Shown: positions 24,850 to 36,335 of the stretch, piece by piece
How the letters are laid out: each line of letters starts with the position of its first letter
Numbering within the stretch: position 1 is the stretch's first letter
Origin: Trichoplax adhaerens
Lineage: Eukaryota > Animalia > Placozoa
Assembly: GCF_000150275.1 (NCBI RefSeq)
Contig: NW_002060946.1
Span: 1,574,202-1,638,201, forward strand
Reading direction: 5' to 3'
DNA length: 64,000 nucleotides
Notes under the pieces: generated by a model
Seen by the model: the letters and a program-made list of their open reading frames with translations, nothing else
What the model was told of the DNA's origin: nothing
The model's database searches: none
Position numbers and translations under genes: made by a program

Positions 24850-27637
24850 CACTCTATCGGTTTAGACTTGATGCTATCTTTGTATACCTTGCACCTTCTA
24901 AAATTTACTTGTTAGTAAGGTTATATCTTGTAATTTACCGTTCGCTTCCTATTGCTATTTATCCTACTGATCACTAAATCAATAATTCCATTACATGAAG
25001 AAAATCACTTATTGTTAACTTCATTATTAGCATTAAATCTCGATCTCGACTGAATAATTTTCTATTGATTTAATAATATTGTACACAAATAATGGATGAT
25101 TATTATGTCTATGTGATGTAATAGAAAATTTACCGCCGATATGAAAGTAAATAAGAACTCTTTTCAGTAATTTAACAATTAACTAAGATCGATCTATGAC
25201 TTCTAATTTGCATAAAAGTTTTTCTGTTTTACACTATTGTGGTCAGATCCTGTTAGTACCAATCTTCCCTGATTTGTTATGAATAAATCACTACCGGCGG
25301 CAATTTTTAATAAAGGCTTTTCTCTCTTACTGGAAGTTTACTCCATCAGTTGATGACTAATTTGAACTCTAATCACATGGATTATGTGGGTGTTATTCTA
25401 AATTTATTTGAAATGGGCAGGAAGCGAAAGGCCTAGTCGGCTGAAGTTTCTTAGTGGCTTAGTCTATACAACAAATTTTTTACCATTACTTTTATGATAG
25501 ACATCAATATATTAGTGTCATATACTGTAACAGACTGTATTCATTACAAACATTTTGGAGACTGGAAAAGATTTTATTTTACTCCTTGAACCTGTACTAT
25601 TAGCCATGATAGCTTAGTTAGGAATCATTCACCTTAAAAGAGAATTAGATATTAAGATTACACACCTACGTTAGAATCTGTTCAATTTTCAAAGATCAAT
25701 TAATCACCTGCTTTCTTTCGATCATCATAGATAGTTATTCAACTATAATTTGAACGGGGTAGATGCGAATATAGTGGCAGTTATAGTAAATTGGCAATAT
25801 AATCTTTGTAAAAGTGGAGTTTTTAAAAGTTTACGTAAAAGCAAAAAGTACACCGAAACTGCGCTATTCAATTATGGGAAATACACCTTTTATTCTGAAT
25901 CGTTCATTCTATATCTAATCTGCCTAGCTACAGCAAGGCTACAGTCTAATCTATCATTACAGATCATTAGACAAATTAGTTCTAGCCTTACAATCTATTC
26001 TAGGCAATTCTAATAACTTCCAAATTAAGAAGAATAATTATGGTAAGATACTAATGCTACAGTGCCACGTCAATACTATTACTGCCAAATTAAAATCAAA
26101 AATATTTTAAAATTAATGAAATCAAATAAGTCCATCATTACAATCTTGTTAAAGAGATCTAATACAGTAAGAAGTTTCCGATAATCCAAAAGAATTTGAA
26201 AACGATAGGGAATAAACCGAAGATGGCCTATGTCGATTTATGATGTTATTTCATGTCATAGAAAAAACAAGTATGAATCGTTATCCATATTTTATGTTCC
26301 ACTAACAGCGATATTATCCTGTTTTTGCTATAAAGAAACACAATGTACTAATATAAAAATTCGCAAGGAAATCGTATAATAAATAAACTCTCTGCTATGG
26401 CACACCTTATTGGAGTTAGAGTTTTAACGCTATCCAAACAACGGATTATCCATATTAAAAGAAAGTACAGCAAGCGTTTATAGGTGGCTTATTACTTTAT
26501 CTGAAACTCAATTAGATGTAAAAAAAGCTACTGGTACCGATAGATAATATTCCTTTCATTAACATCCCTAATTAGATTGTAAATAATAAGACTATCGGAC
26601 AGAGTGCTTATGTTATCAATTTTAAACTAAATTACTATTAATTATCCAGGAAATAGACAATGTTTATTCAATAGGTGCCGTCGGTTATGTATATGCTAGA
26701 TGACATTGACAGAAATGCTTAAATTCATATTCTATCTAATTTTAGATGCTTGTAACGTAGTGACTCAATACGGGAAATTGTTATTTTGTTTTTTCATCAG
26801 AGATCATGATTTAATGCACTGATAAATAACAAACCCATGCAGTTTATTTATTTACTACCTGTGTCTACTTAGACTGTTCATAGTCCTTGTCATTATATTA
26901 TTTTACACTATCGCTATTAGTTTAGCTAACAAAACGAGGAATGGATCGTCATTATTCGAGTAGCAGCAAATAAAAATTCTGGATAATGGGTTTGGATAGT
27001 AATTTCGTTATTTTCAATTACAAAATGATGTTTATGGCCTAATCCTTTATCAAAGATTAAACTGTAGAGACTAGGTAAACTATAACCTTCTTTATGTCGT
27101 TAGAATCTTTTAAGACCAGCATCCACAATATTATATTAACCTTCCAACATTTGATTAATGGTAAAATGCCTTTTATTTTATTCTATCCAAGGTAATTCAA
27201 CATACTGTGAAATTTAACTTTAACAGAATGATCGGATGATCTTATTATCTAGGGCTAAATTGTGAACAATAATCTAGATTGGATTGTGATTAATTACTAG
27301 ATAGACTAATCAATAGGACAGGACCGTAATTATAAATAGCAATGCTAATTCAATGTATTAATCTACTGTTACAGAATAAGCTGTATTGCAGCTACCATGA
27401 AAAAGCATTACTTCGTCGATATAATTTCTTATTGTCTGAATTAAAGTGTAACTGACATATTTGTTGGATCGGAGCCTAGGCTTGACTGCTAAAATAAGAG
27501 CTAGTCAATATGACCCTGATCAATAGCCTTTAATTATTTTATTACCAATTGCAATGCTAATCCTATGTCGTTACAATAACTAGCATTAAATCTTGCAAAC
27601 ATGAATAATAACCTTAGTAAATGTATGCGCTTTTACG

Positions 27638-30633
27638 TCAGATATTCTTGCCGGTAAGTGCAATTTTCACTAGTTTAGACAAAGGTTTATATTCGAGACC
27701 TCTTGTACAGAATAACCTATAGCCTCTTCTATAGTGTATCAGATTAGCTAATAGTATTTCAGATGTTTCTTTCTCGGTTGCTAGAGGAATTTTGAAGTAT
27801 CTTAGTGTTAGAGTAGTACCAATGAATAGGATAGGTGTGTTAGCAGCAGCAGTAGTCAATGATGTGAAAGACCAGGAATGAGAATGAAGCAATAGCGTTA
27901 AAAGAAATGTCAGAAATAATCCTGTAATAATCAGGAAGTTTACGACAACTGACCATAAGTTAAGGGACACTGTAGGAGCGTAATACCGTAAATAATGAAA
28001 AAGCTCTAACGGAATCCCAGAATAACGCGCACTATTGATCCTTGTAATGTCATAAAATGTTTTCACTAATCTTTCACGATGGGTGTCGATAGAGGTATTT
28101 TGTAAGTGTGCACTAATCTCTGTCAATAAATTATCTTTACCTTCACTATTAGCACACAGAATAGGATAGTTCTCATTTTCAGGTAGTGTTACCTCAATAA
28201 TTGTATTGCCATCTCTTCTATAATTTAGGACCATCTGGGACATTCCAACATTGATTTCAAATCTATGGTCTTCAACAAGACGTCGTATATAGTTTTGAAT
28301 TGTAATTTCGATTACAGTTCCTTTTAACATTTCCGGTACATCAACTTCTATAGCATTATTACTACCAACTAAGAAATCAATTATTAACTTTCCATTTTCT
28401 GCATTGAGTATCTTATCAACTTCCTGCTCCACGGCTGAGTCTAACTTCATAATAAGTAGTGGTAGTGAGTGTAATTTTTCTGTATAATCATCCAAGTAGG
28501 CAATTACGACATACAAATACGGAATAATCACAACAATAGCGACACTAAAGTAGACGGAATAAGTTATAATAAATGTTGTTACAGTAATGATAATACGAAA
28601 GAAGGCTTGAAAAATAATCCAAAATTGGAATACTGTTATAACAGAATAGCAGAAAGCTATCAAAAATAAAACTGGTGCCAGAATGCAATTCAGTACTTTC
28701 AATTTGGAGTTGATAGGGAGAAGATGATATTTTAAGCGCAATGTCAATACCTCCGTTAAAAATATCACAATGGGGATGACAGTGCTTGATTTAGTTAAAA
28801 AAAATGGTAGATAGACCAAAACTTGTATTAAATTATTGAAGAATACCACTATCTTCAATGATAATAAATTTTTCGTCAAATCCGTTATCATATTCTTAAA
28901 TTGTAAATTTGTTCGCCCAGCGCTCATTGGCGCTAAATATCTATCTTGAGGTAAAAGTCTGCTTCTATCTTGCCTTTCAGGTTGATGAAGGCAAATTAAT
29001 TGCTTTAGGTGTGTTATTATAATGATTATGGTAGCAAATAAATGTAATATACCAGCAGGCACGGTAGCAGCTGTTATAGAAGGCGGTATAGCAACACCGT
29101 AAATTTCTGGAACAATCATAAACGCTGATGGATAGATTTGCATCACCAAGGCTGCATAACCGAATGCAGTTAGCGCGAGCCATAAGATTAAATAGAAGAA
29201 GCAGTAATAGGCATGTTTCCAACATGCTCTAGTTGAGCTACCTTGAACGTAGAAGTATTCGATAGTCTCTAGCCGTAAAGTGTTCAAAATATGGATATGA
29301 ACAGAATCCATTTTAAAATTTCTAGGAAGGAATAGATCCAACCGAACATAAAATAGGAGATAAAAAGCGAATTAGCTGTTATGGTATGCGCCAAAAATAC
29401 TCTAGAACATGATTGTGAAATAACTACAGCACATATCGAAAATTATTCATTCCTACTTTTGCACTTAAATATAAAGATATGGCAGAATCAACAATTCTAT
29501 ATGATACTTGCTTAATTTGAGATGTTGTCATGATTTTAAATTCAAAACATTCAAATCTTTCCGTTGCTAAGTTAATATTTAATAGCTGTGCAGTAAAGTG
29601 AAAAAGACAGTACGGCTCTATCCTGTCGCCTCAATATTAACAGAAAGTAATACTGGACTAGCTCAATTTCGCTCCTTTCTATATTGCTTGCTTAATCTAT
29701 AACGACTACGTCATCATTTAATGATAAAAAAATAAATTTGAAATCGCTACTATTAAGAATTTTTATTCATTCCAATTAAAAGTATTTCTATTGGTAATTA
29801 AAATAGTGTCGATAAGGTAATAAGACAGACTTTAATATTTATTAGAGCTGAGGCTATTAATTATCACGTTACTGTTAGAATCATTTTCCTTTCGTTTACC
29901 TCTCCAATGTACCCATGTACATATTGAAAATTTTAACTAACAGAGCGGCACCCATTGGGATGGTAAGAAAAATAATGAGGAATTTCAGGAATGGCGCATA
30001 CCATTTCACTTCTTCAAGAAGTAGACATCGTTGAACATCTACAGGTAATCCTGGAAAATCTAAATCACAACATGAATATCGAACTTCTTCATGAGCAGTT
30101 CTTTCGGTAGCCATGAAACTTCTTCTGCATATATTACCGCAATACCTTCCGGTACAGTTGTTGGTTAATCGAGTAAAATTAATTAATGTTTTGAATAAAA
30201 TAATCGGTTTACTCGGTAGGACCGTCGCGTTTTTAAAGCATCCCTTAGTTGATTCTACCAGTTTAATTTTCATACTTGATGTAAAAACTGTGTAAATACT
30301 AAGGCCAGTGGTTATATAATAAGATGGCAAAGTAAAAATGGCCTCACCCTGATCTTGTTTTACCCACGCATAGAAAACTCCATGCTCTATGAATTGAAGG
30401 TGTTGATCCCCAATGTAAATCTTGAAAAATAGGACCTGATTCCACGATAACCTCGTTGCTTTAACAAAGTTCGCATAGGCTATGGTCTCGTTAACAACGG
30501 TAAGTTGGCAACGAGACTCAGATCTTGCAGCAATGGGCTGCAAAAATAGTGCAAAGCAGATGAGAATAAGCATCTGCCTTACGGCTATCCATTGGATAGG
30601 CGATCGGTGATTGCTAGAGCACTCAAATACCAT
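27638..30633 (-). CDS. Orphan membrane-protein family copy D, 2 coding exons (30633-29900, 29321-27638), ~805 aa
   Basis: Donor AG|GTAAAC at 29900 and acceptor CCTAG|A at 29321 are phase 2 and in frame (TLER-NFKMDSV). An acceptor TATCAG| 2 nt before the ATG suggests a 5'-UTR intron. Confidence 0.87.
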
Positions 30634-31393
30634 AGCTGATAGCAAAGATAACGAAAACGATTTAGGCAAATAATATAATCAAGAAATTACACCAGCTTAA
30701 ATACTTCCCATTAAAAAGCTTGAATACTATTTGTGCTGCCATTCATTCGTACAATCATATTTTCTATCGACTCTGAACTTATCATTGATGCCTGAATGTG
30801 ATTTGTTTGACATCCATCAGTACCATCGGTTTCTATTGAATCGTTATTTTGAATTCAAACATAGTATAACAAAGCTGAAATATAATATGATAGAATTATT
30901 CCTCATGAACTTATAAAGAATTTAATACAGTGATTTAAATTTAGAGATTAGAATGGGTGACATTAGGGAGCCAATCTTAAATTCAATATGCAGACAATTA
31001 TGGTACATTGAATACGAATAAGCATTTGTTTAGTCTTGATTCCCTTTCCGTGCTATTCATCTCCCATTGCTATCAGTAAAGCAACTAATCAATCTATTAC
31101 TCAATTGATAATATCTTGAATATTAAGTGTCGTACGGTAAATAAAATGAATGTTGTCAGATTGATAGTTATAGTCTATCAAAAGATATTATGCGAGTATT
31201 ATTTAAGTTAAGAGTCCTATTTTTTTATGTTCAACGAGAATTTGATTCATAAATTGTTTCCAACAGATTGTAAAACTTTTGTTTAATAATTCTATGGTAC
31301 GGCTTTGGCCATAATAGTATAAGTTCGTATGAAACAAATGCTGTAATAGATGACTGCTGTTTTTTTGCCTTAAACTATCAAACACTTGCTTAC

Positions 31394-31490
31394 CTGAAAT
31401 CTGAACTAATCTCTAGTTTAACCACTTCAATGAGTCCGTTAATTGCCCGAACTAATACATAAACATAAATTGACATTGTTTCAATCTTTC
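31394..31490 (-). other. Candidate spliced exon (probably 5' UTR of copy D)
   Basis: Flanked by TTTCAG| and CAG|GTAAGC. Confidence 0.35.
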
Positions 31491-33304
31491 CTGAAATCAT
31501 AATAGATAAAGTGGATATCCATAAATTTTAAAGTACCTTGTGAAACCATGTTACAGTTAATAAAGAAAAGTCATTTCTGAATATTATCACTACGTGGTAT
31601 ACTAATCGACCGCTAGGCATATCTTAGGTTAAATTATAAATTATCCAATGAATTACAAGCACGTTATGAATTAAAGAAAATTCTTAACTAATAAGCACTA
31701 GAATACAACTCGATTACTTAACGGAAACAAATAAAGAGATTTTGAATACAAATATATGAAATTATGATTGCAAATACGACAATTACATTTCTATCTTTCT
31801 TAAAACTCAAAGATTGTGCTTCAGTGGTTGGTAGATTGTTATTATCATTAATGATAACGACAAGACATCGATTGATTATTCATTAGGTTGTTCAGAATTT
31901 GCTCGCTGAGCCTTTCATTGTCTATAAACCTGTATAAGTTATATACTGTCTGGGTTTGGGGTAAAATTTAAGCGGTTAAAATAAGCTGCTTGTGTCATTT
32001 GAGATACAGGTTTGAAGTTAATTCCGACTGTACAAAATAACCGATATCCTTGTGCTTATCGAATCAAGCTATTTAATATCACTTTCTTGGTAGTCTTATC
32101 GTCCACTTAGGTTATTTTTAAATATTTTAACGATAGCGAAGTGACAACGTAAAAGATCGGTGATAGCCGATAGTAGCGCTTAAAGATTCGATTTTCCAAG
32201 AATTAGAATGGAGTGCGATGGTAAGAACCACAATGATAAATAATTCGTTCGCAATAATAAGGTTAAACTTTATTTCCCAAAGATTGAGAAAAACCATGGA
32301 GCATAATATCTTACGTAAGAATATAACTCATTCCTTTGTCGAAAGTTAGATCATGAGCTTATTCGATAATAATTCATTTTATCGATACTCAGCTATCGTA
32401 GGAGTATAATTTTCATCTTTGACGATAGTATTGTATGTGTATTGCAGCGAAATAACGAATTTCAAACATAATGTCTCTTCGTCGTCAAAAAATTTTTCTC
32501 GATGTATTTCTTCTGCCTATGAACAAGACAGCTATTGCTCTTGATTTATTCTAGCTGCTCTGCTAATGTCAAGAGACTAAACATGCATATTTTACTCAAA
32601 TTTATAAACATCGCGGTAAATTCACGTTTGCCTTACGCCTAATGGCTTTATTTATATAACATATTATCCTTATAAGAATTTCTTTCACGACAAGAAAATT
32701 CTTACAAGCATGAAAAGAATTATTATCCATAAGTACACAACCGGACAATTGGATCGCATTTTCAACAAATATATATATAAAATGTAGCTCTTACCAACGT
32801 TTTACAGCTTGTTTGATAATTTAAAAGTATTTGATCTGTAAAAATGTAGTAACCATTTTCATATCTTTGTCATATGAATTTGTCACAACGAGATGTGTAG
32901 AACCGAAGTGATTTGTAAAGATTATACTTTATAATAATAATAGCTTGCGTTTCTAAGTATAATACCTAATGCTGTTAAACATCACAAGATTATGCTTATT
33001 CGACAGAAAGTGCCTCTTAAAGCCATACATGCACGTAATGTATTTCGGTATTACATATAATGGTCACAACTGATGGTTTCTAGGACGGTGTTTTTGTTAA
33101 AATATTATCATTACATTGCATTAATCTCTTAAGTAGAGAGCTCTCATACACAAGTGTACTTAATTCAAAGCAAAAGAGTTCTTGTGATAACAACAGAAGC
33201 GAAAATCTTGATATCACTTAAATATTGCAAAATAAGGTAGTCGATTTTTGTAGAATGCAATAAGCCGTATAAGTTTTCTTCATTTCTCGGACTATTAACA
33301 AAAG

Positions 33305-34060
33305 CTAATTGTTACCGTCTGAGGAATACGAGCTCTGTAAGATCTCTTCTGTAACATCCTTATTGCCTTGTTTTGGATCCGTAATTCTTATAATCTTCTT
33401 TTTACGTACTGGAGGATTTTTTTCCTTTACAATGTTGTTCATGATAGGGGCTGATTGTAAGCGCTGCTGTTGTTGTTGCTGTTGTGGTTGTGAGACCATG
33501 TTGGAAGGATTGATAGGATTGGAATTAGCTGCATAAGAAGGCCCAAGCCCATTCCTGATTGCTTCGGTGTACTGACCATTAACCGGCATCATAGCAATGC
33601 GAGTGTTAGCGTTTATAACTGGTCGGTAGATCTGTGGTCTTGGAACCGTTGTCAAATAACCATAAGCTGAAGGAGAAGTTGCACCAGTTGCATGGTGCAT
33701 TGGCCGATGAGCAACAGGAGTAGCTACTACTGGTGCACTACCGATAGTAGCTGGCATATAACGCGGGCGTATCATCACACTAGTCGGAGGAAGAAGGCGA
33801 TGAGCTTGTGATTTAGCATATACATTATTTCCGCTAGGGTTAGCATATGCTAAGAATCGATCTCCTTCGTTAACACGCAAGCCATGTTCACGTCGTTGTA
33901 GCACTGGAAGGATAACGGCATTATTCATTGGTGGAGGTAATGGTGGCGGCGGTGGACGTGGTTGTGGCCTCATGATCGGCTGCCCAACAATTTGTACCGA
34001 TTCTTGAGGTAGAGGCGACAACGCGTAACTATATGCGTAATGCGGCTTGCTAGTAGCCAT
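33305..34060 (-). CDS. 251-aa Pro/Gln-rich protein ending in an eIF4G-type PABP-binding motif
   Basis: GC-elevated ORF. Its C-terminus VRKKKIIRITDPKQGNKDVTEEILQS resembles the metazoan eIF4G1 PABP-binding segment (recalled as [26 protein letters not shown]). No MIF4G exons were seen downstream. Confidence 0.75.
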   Translation of the reverse strand: MATSKPHYAYSYALSPLPQESVQIVGQPIMRPQPRPPPPPLPPPMNNAVILPVLQRREHGLRVNEGDRFLAYANPSGNNVYAKSQAHRLLPPTSVMIRPRYMPATIGSAPVVATPVAHRPMHHATGATSPSAYGYLTTVPRPQIYRPVINANTRIAMMPVNGQYTEAIRNGLGPSYAANSNPINPSNMVSQPQQQQQQQRLQSAPIMNNIVKEKNPPVRKKKIIRITDPKQGNKDVTEEILQSSYSSDGNN

Positions 34061-34439
34061 ACTTGCTACCTAATGTCTTCATATGCTATAGAAAGTTAAA
34101 CTTGATTGTCATAAAGTATTAAAGCGCTTCCGCTTCCAACTTTTACAGCAACTCCAGTAGCGGACTAACGCCAGCACTATCTGAGATAGCTGCCTGCTAA
34201 GAAATTACATCAGGAAAACGGTAATGAATATAAAATTTCGAACTTTAATTAAAAGCCGTACATCATATAAGTATTATTGGATATACCAATATATGCATAA
34301 AATTTGTTTTACGCGACATCATACGGTATAGTTATCCTATTGCATTATTTACCAACTAAAACAGAGGTTTACTGCAAGTCGTTCTATTTAATCATCGACA
34401 CTTGAAGATTCATTTAGGATGTCAAAAAGAATTGTTGCA

Positions 34440-34885
34440 AGTTTTCCTATTATGGAAGGGTAATTTGCAATGTAAGATTTGCTATGAGTTTATCCTTCAT
34501 AGACATTGAAGGGTAATTTACAATGGCAGAAAGATTTGCTACTAATCCTTTAACTATCGTCATTAAAAGGGGTAACTTACATTCTAATAGAACGTAAGAA
34601 TGGCTTTGATGGTCTTTTCTATTATGGACATTGAAGGGAAGTTAGCATAGAAAAAGATTTGCTACTAGTCCTTCTATTATCGATATTAAAGGGTGTTTTA
34701 GAATGGTTAAAGGATTTGCTACTAGTCCTTTCATTATTGATATTGAAGAGTAATTTATAATGGAATGTAAGAAAGACTGTGAAGATCTTTCTATTACCGA
34801 CATTGGAAGGTAATTTAAATGTAATCTAAGAAAGATTTTGATGGTCTTTCCATTATCGACATTGAAGAATAATACAATTAGAATG
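34440..34885. repeat. Degenerate ~55-60-bp minisatellite, ~7 units
   Basis: Recurrent aagatttgctactagtc(c/t)t...attat.gacattgaagggtaattt units. Confidence 0.7.
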
Positions 34886-35927
34886 TAATAGTATTCTGGT
34901 ATAGCATTATTCCGTTCCCAAATCCTCATTTAAAGATGAGCTTTATATTACATCGGTGTGGATAAGAAATTATAGTATGAACAACAATGACCAGGATAAA
35001 CTAATTATTTCAAGCAGGAAATATGACGAGATACTTAAACTACAATAGCGATTCGATAAAGTGTAATGCATCAAATGCGGCAATTAGCGACAACATGAAA
35101 AGATTTTGTATGTCAGCATACGTTGAATAACTACAAACTACTGTACTACATTTCAATATTGTAAACTATTTGATGGTCAAATAAACTGTCTAGAAAATTT
35201 GATCCATAATATTGATCAGACTATTCCTTAATCAAGACTATCAAACTGCTTCTTTCCTTATATATATATATGTGCTATTTAAATAAGCTACAGCAAATTA
35301 GAGCGTGAATGATTCCCTATATAATAGTCGTTACTGCAATCTGAACAATCTTCGATAGAAATTGGAAACGATACTCAGAAAATCAATCTCTACCAGTTAA
35401 AGGTAAGTTGTAGTCATCATAGTTTTTTACCTTAAGGTTGGACTTTACACTGCTGTACAAGTACTCCCTACACTGTTAGATTGCACTATAAACTACCAGA
35501 AACTAATTATAGTGTAGAAACCAAGAAACTTATACTGACAGCTAAAAAGTGGTATACAGAGAAGTGAGACGTACAGACTAAAAGTTAAATTAATGTCATA
35601 GTACTTGTTAGTCATTCCTACTGTGCTCTTTCTTGACTACAATCAGGGACTACTCGAAAGAAGAGAAAGGGAGACAGGACACGATCGTTGACGATATGGA
35701 GGCCGATTTTTTTGCTAGTTATTTCAACTATACTGACCATCGGTAATTATGGGCTATACTGTACACGACAGGCTGTAAATTAGCTGCCAAGTTGGTTTAA
35801 ATGACAGCAAGCCGTTCCTGTTATAATGTGTGGAGACTATGACGATTAGTAACATACAATAATTAGCCACAGACGGCAATTATTTATTTTTACCGCAAAA
35901 CCATGGTGTAGTTTGTCAAGGATAAAG

Positions 35928-36335
35928 AATAAGAATATACTCGTATACTCCTAGCTTTAGCCGTGGACCAGTGCCGGTAGTTGAGCACAAGTCTTGCAAT
36001 AGTACGGTATCCCACTAGCTTGTCATTTAGTTAGGCAGAAGGGTGATTAAATAAAACTTGAGTAGTGAAATAAAATAATAAGAATATACTCGTATACTCC
36101 TAGCTTTAGCCGTGGACCAGTGCCGGTAGTTGAGCACAAGTCTTGCAATAGTACGGTATCCCACTAGCTTGTCATTTAGTTAGGCAGAAGGGTGATTAAA
36201 TAAAACTTGAGTAGTGAAATAAAATAATAAGAATATACTCGTATACTCCTAGCCTTTGCCGTGGACCAGTGCCGGTAGTTGAGCACAAGTCTTGCAATAG
36301 TACGGCATCCACTACTAGCTTGTAATTTAATTAGA
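35928..36335. repeat. 149-bp tandem repeat, ~2.7 near-identical copies
   Basis: tcgtatactcctagc recurs at 35941, 36090 and 36239. Confidence 0.95.

Noticed and set aside
14668-30669. Alternating short/long ORF pairs read as a prokaryote-like two-gene operon or toxin-immunity system
   Set aside because: Every pair is joined by phase-matched GT-AG splice sites, and the long ORFs have no genuine start before the acceptor.
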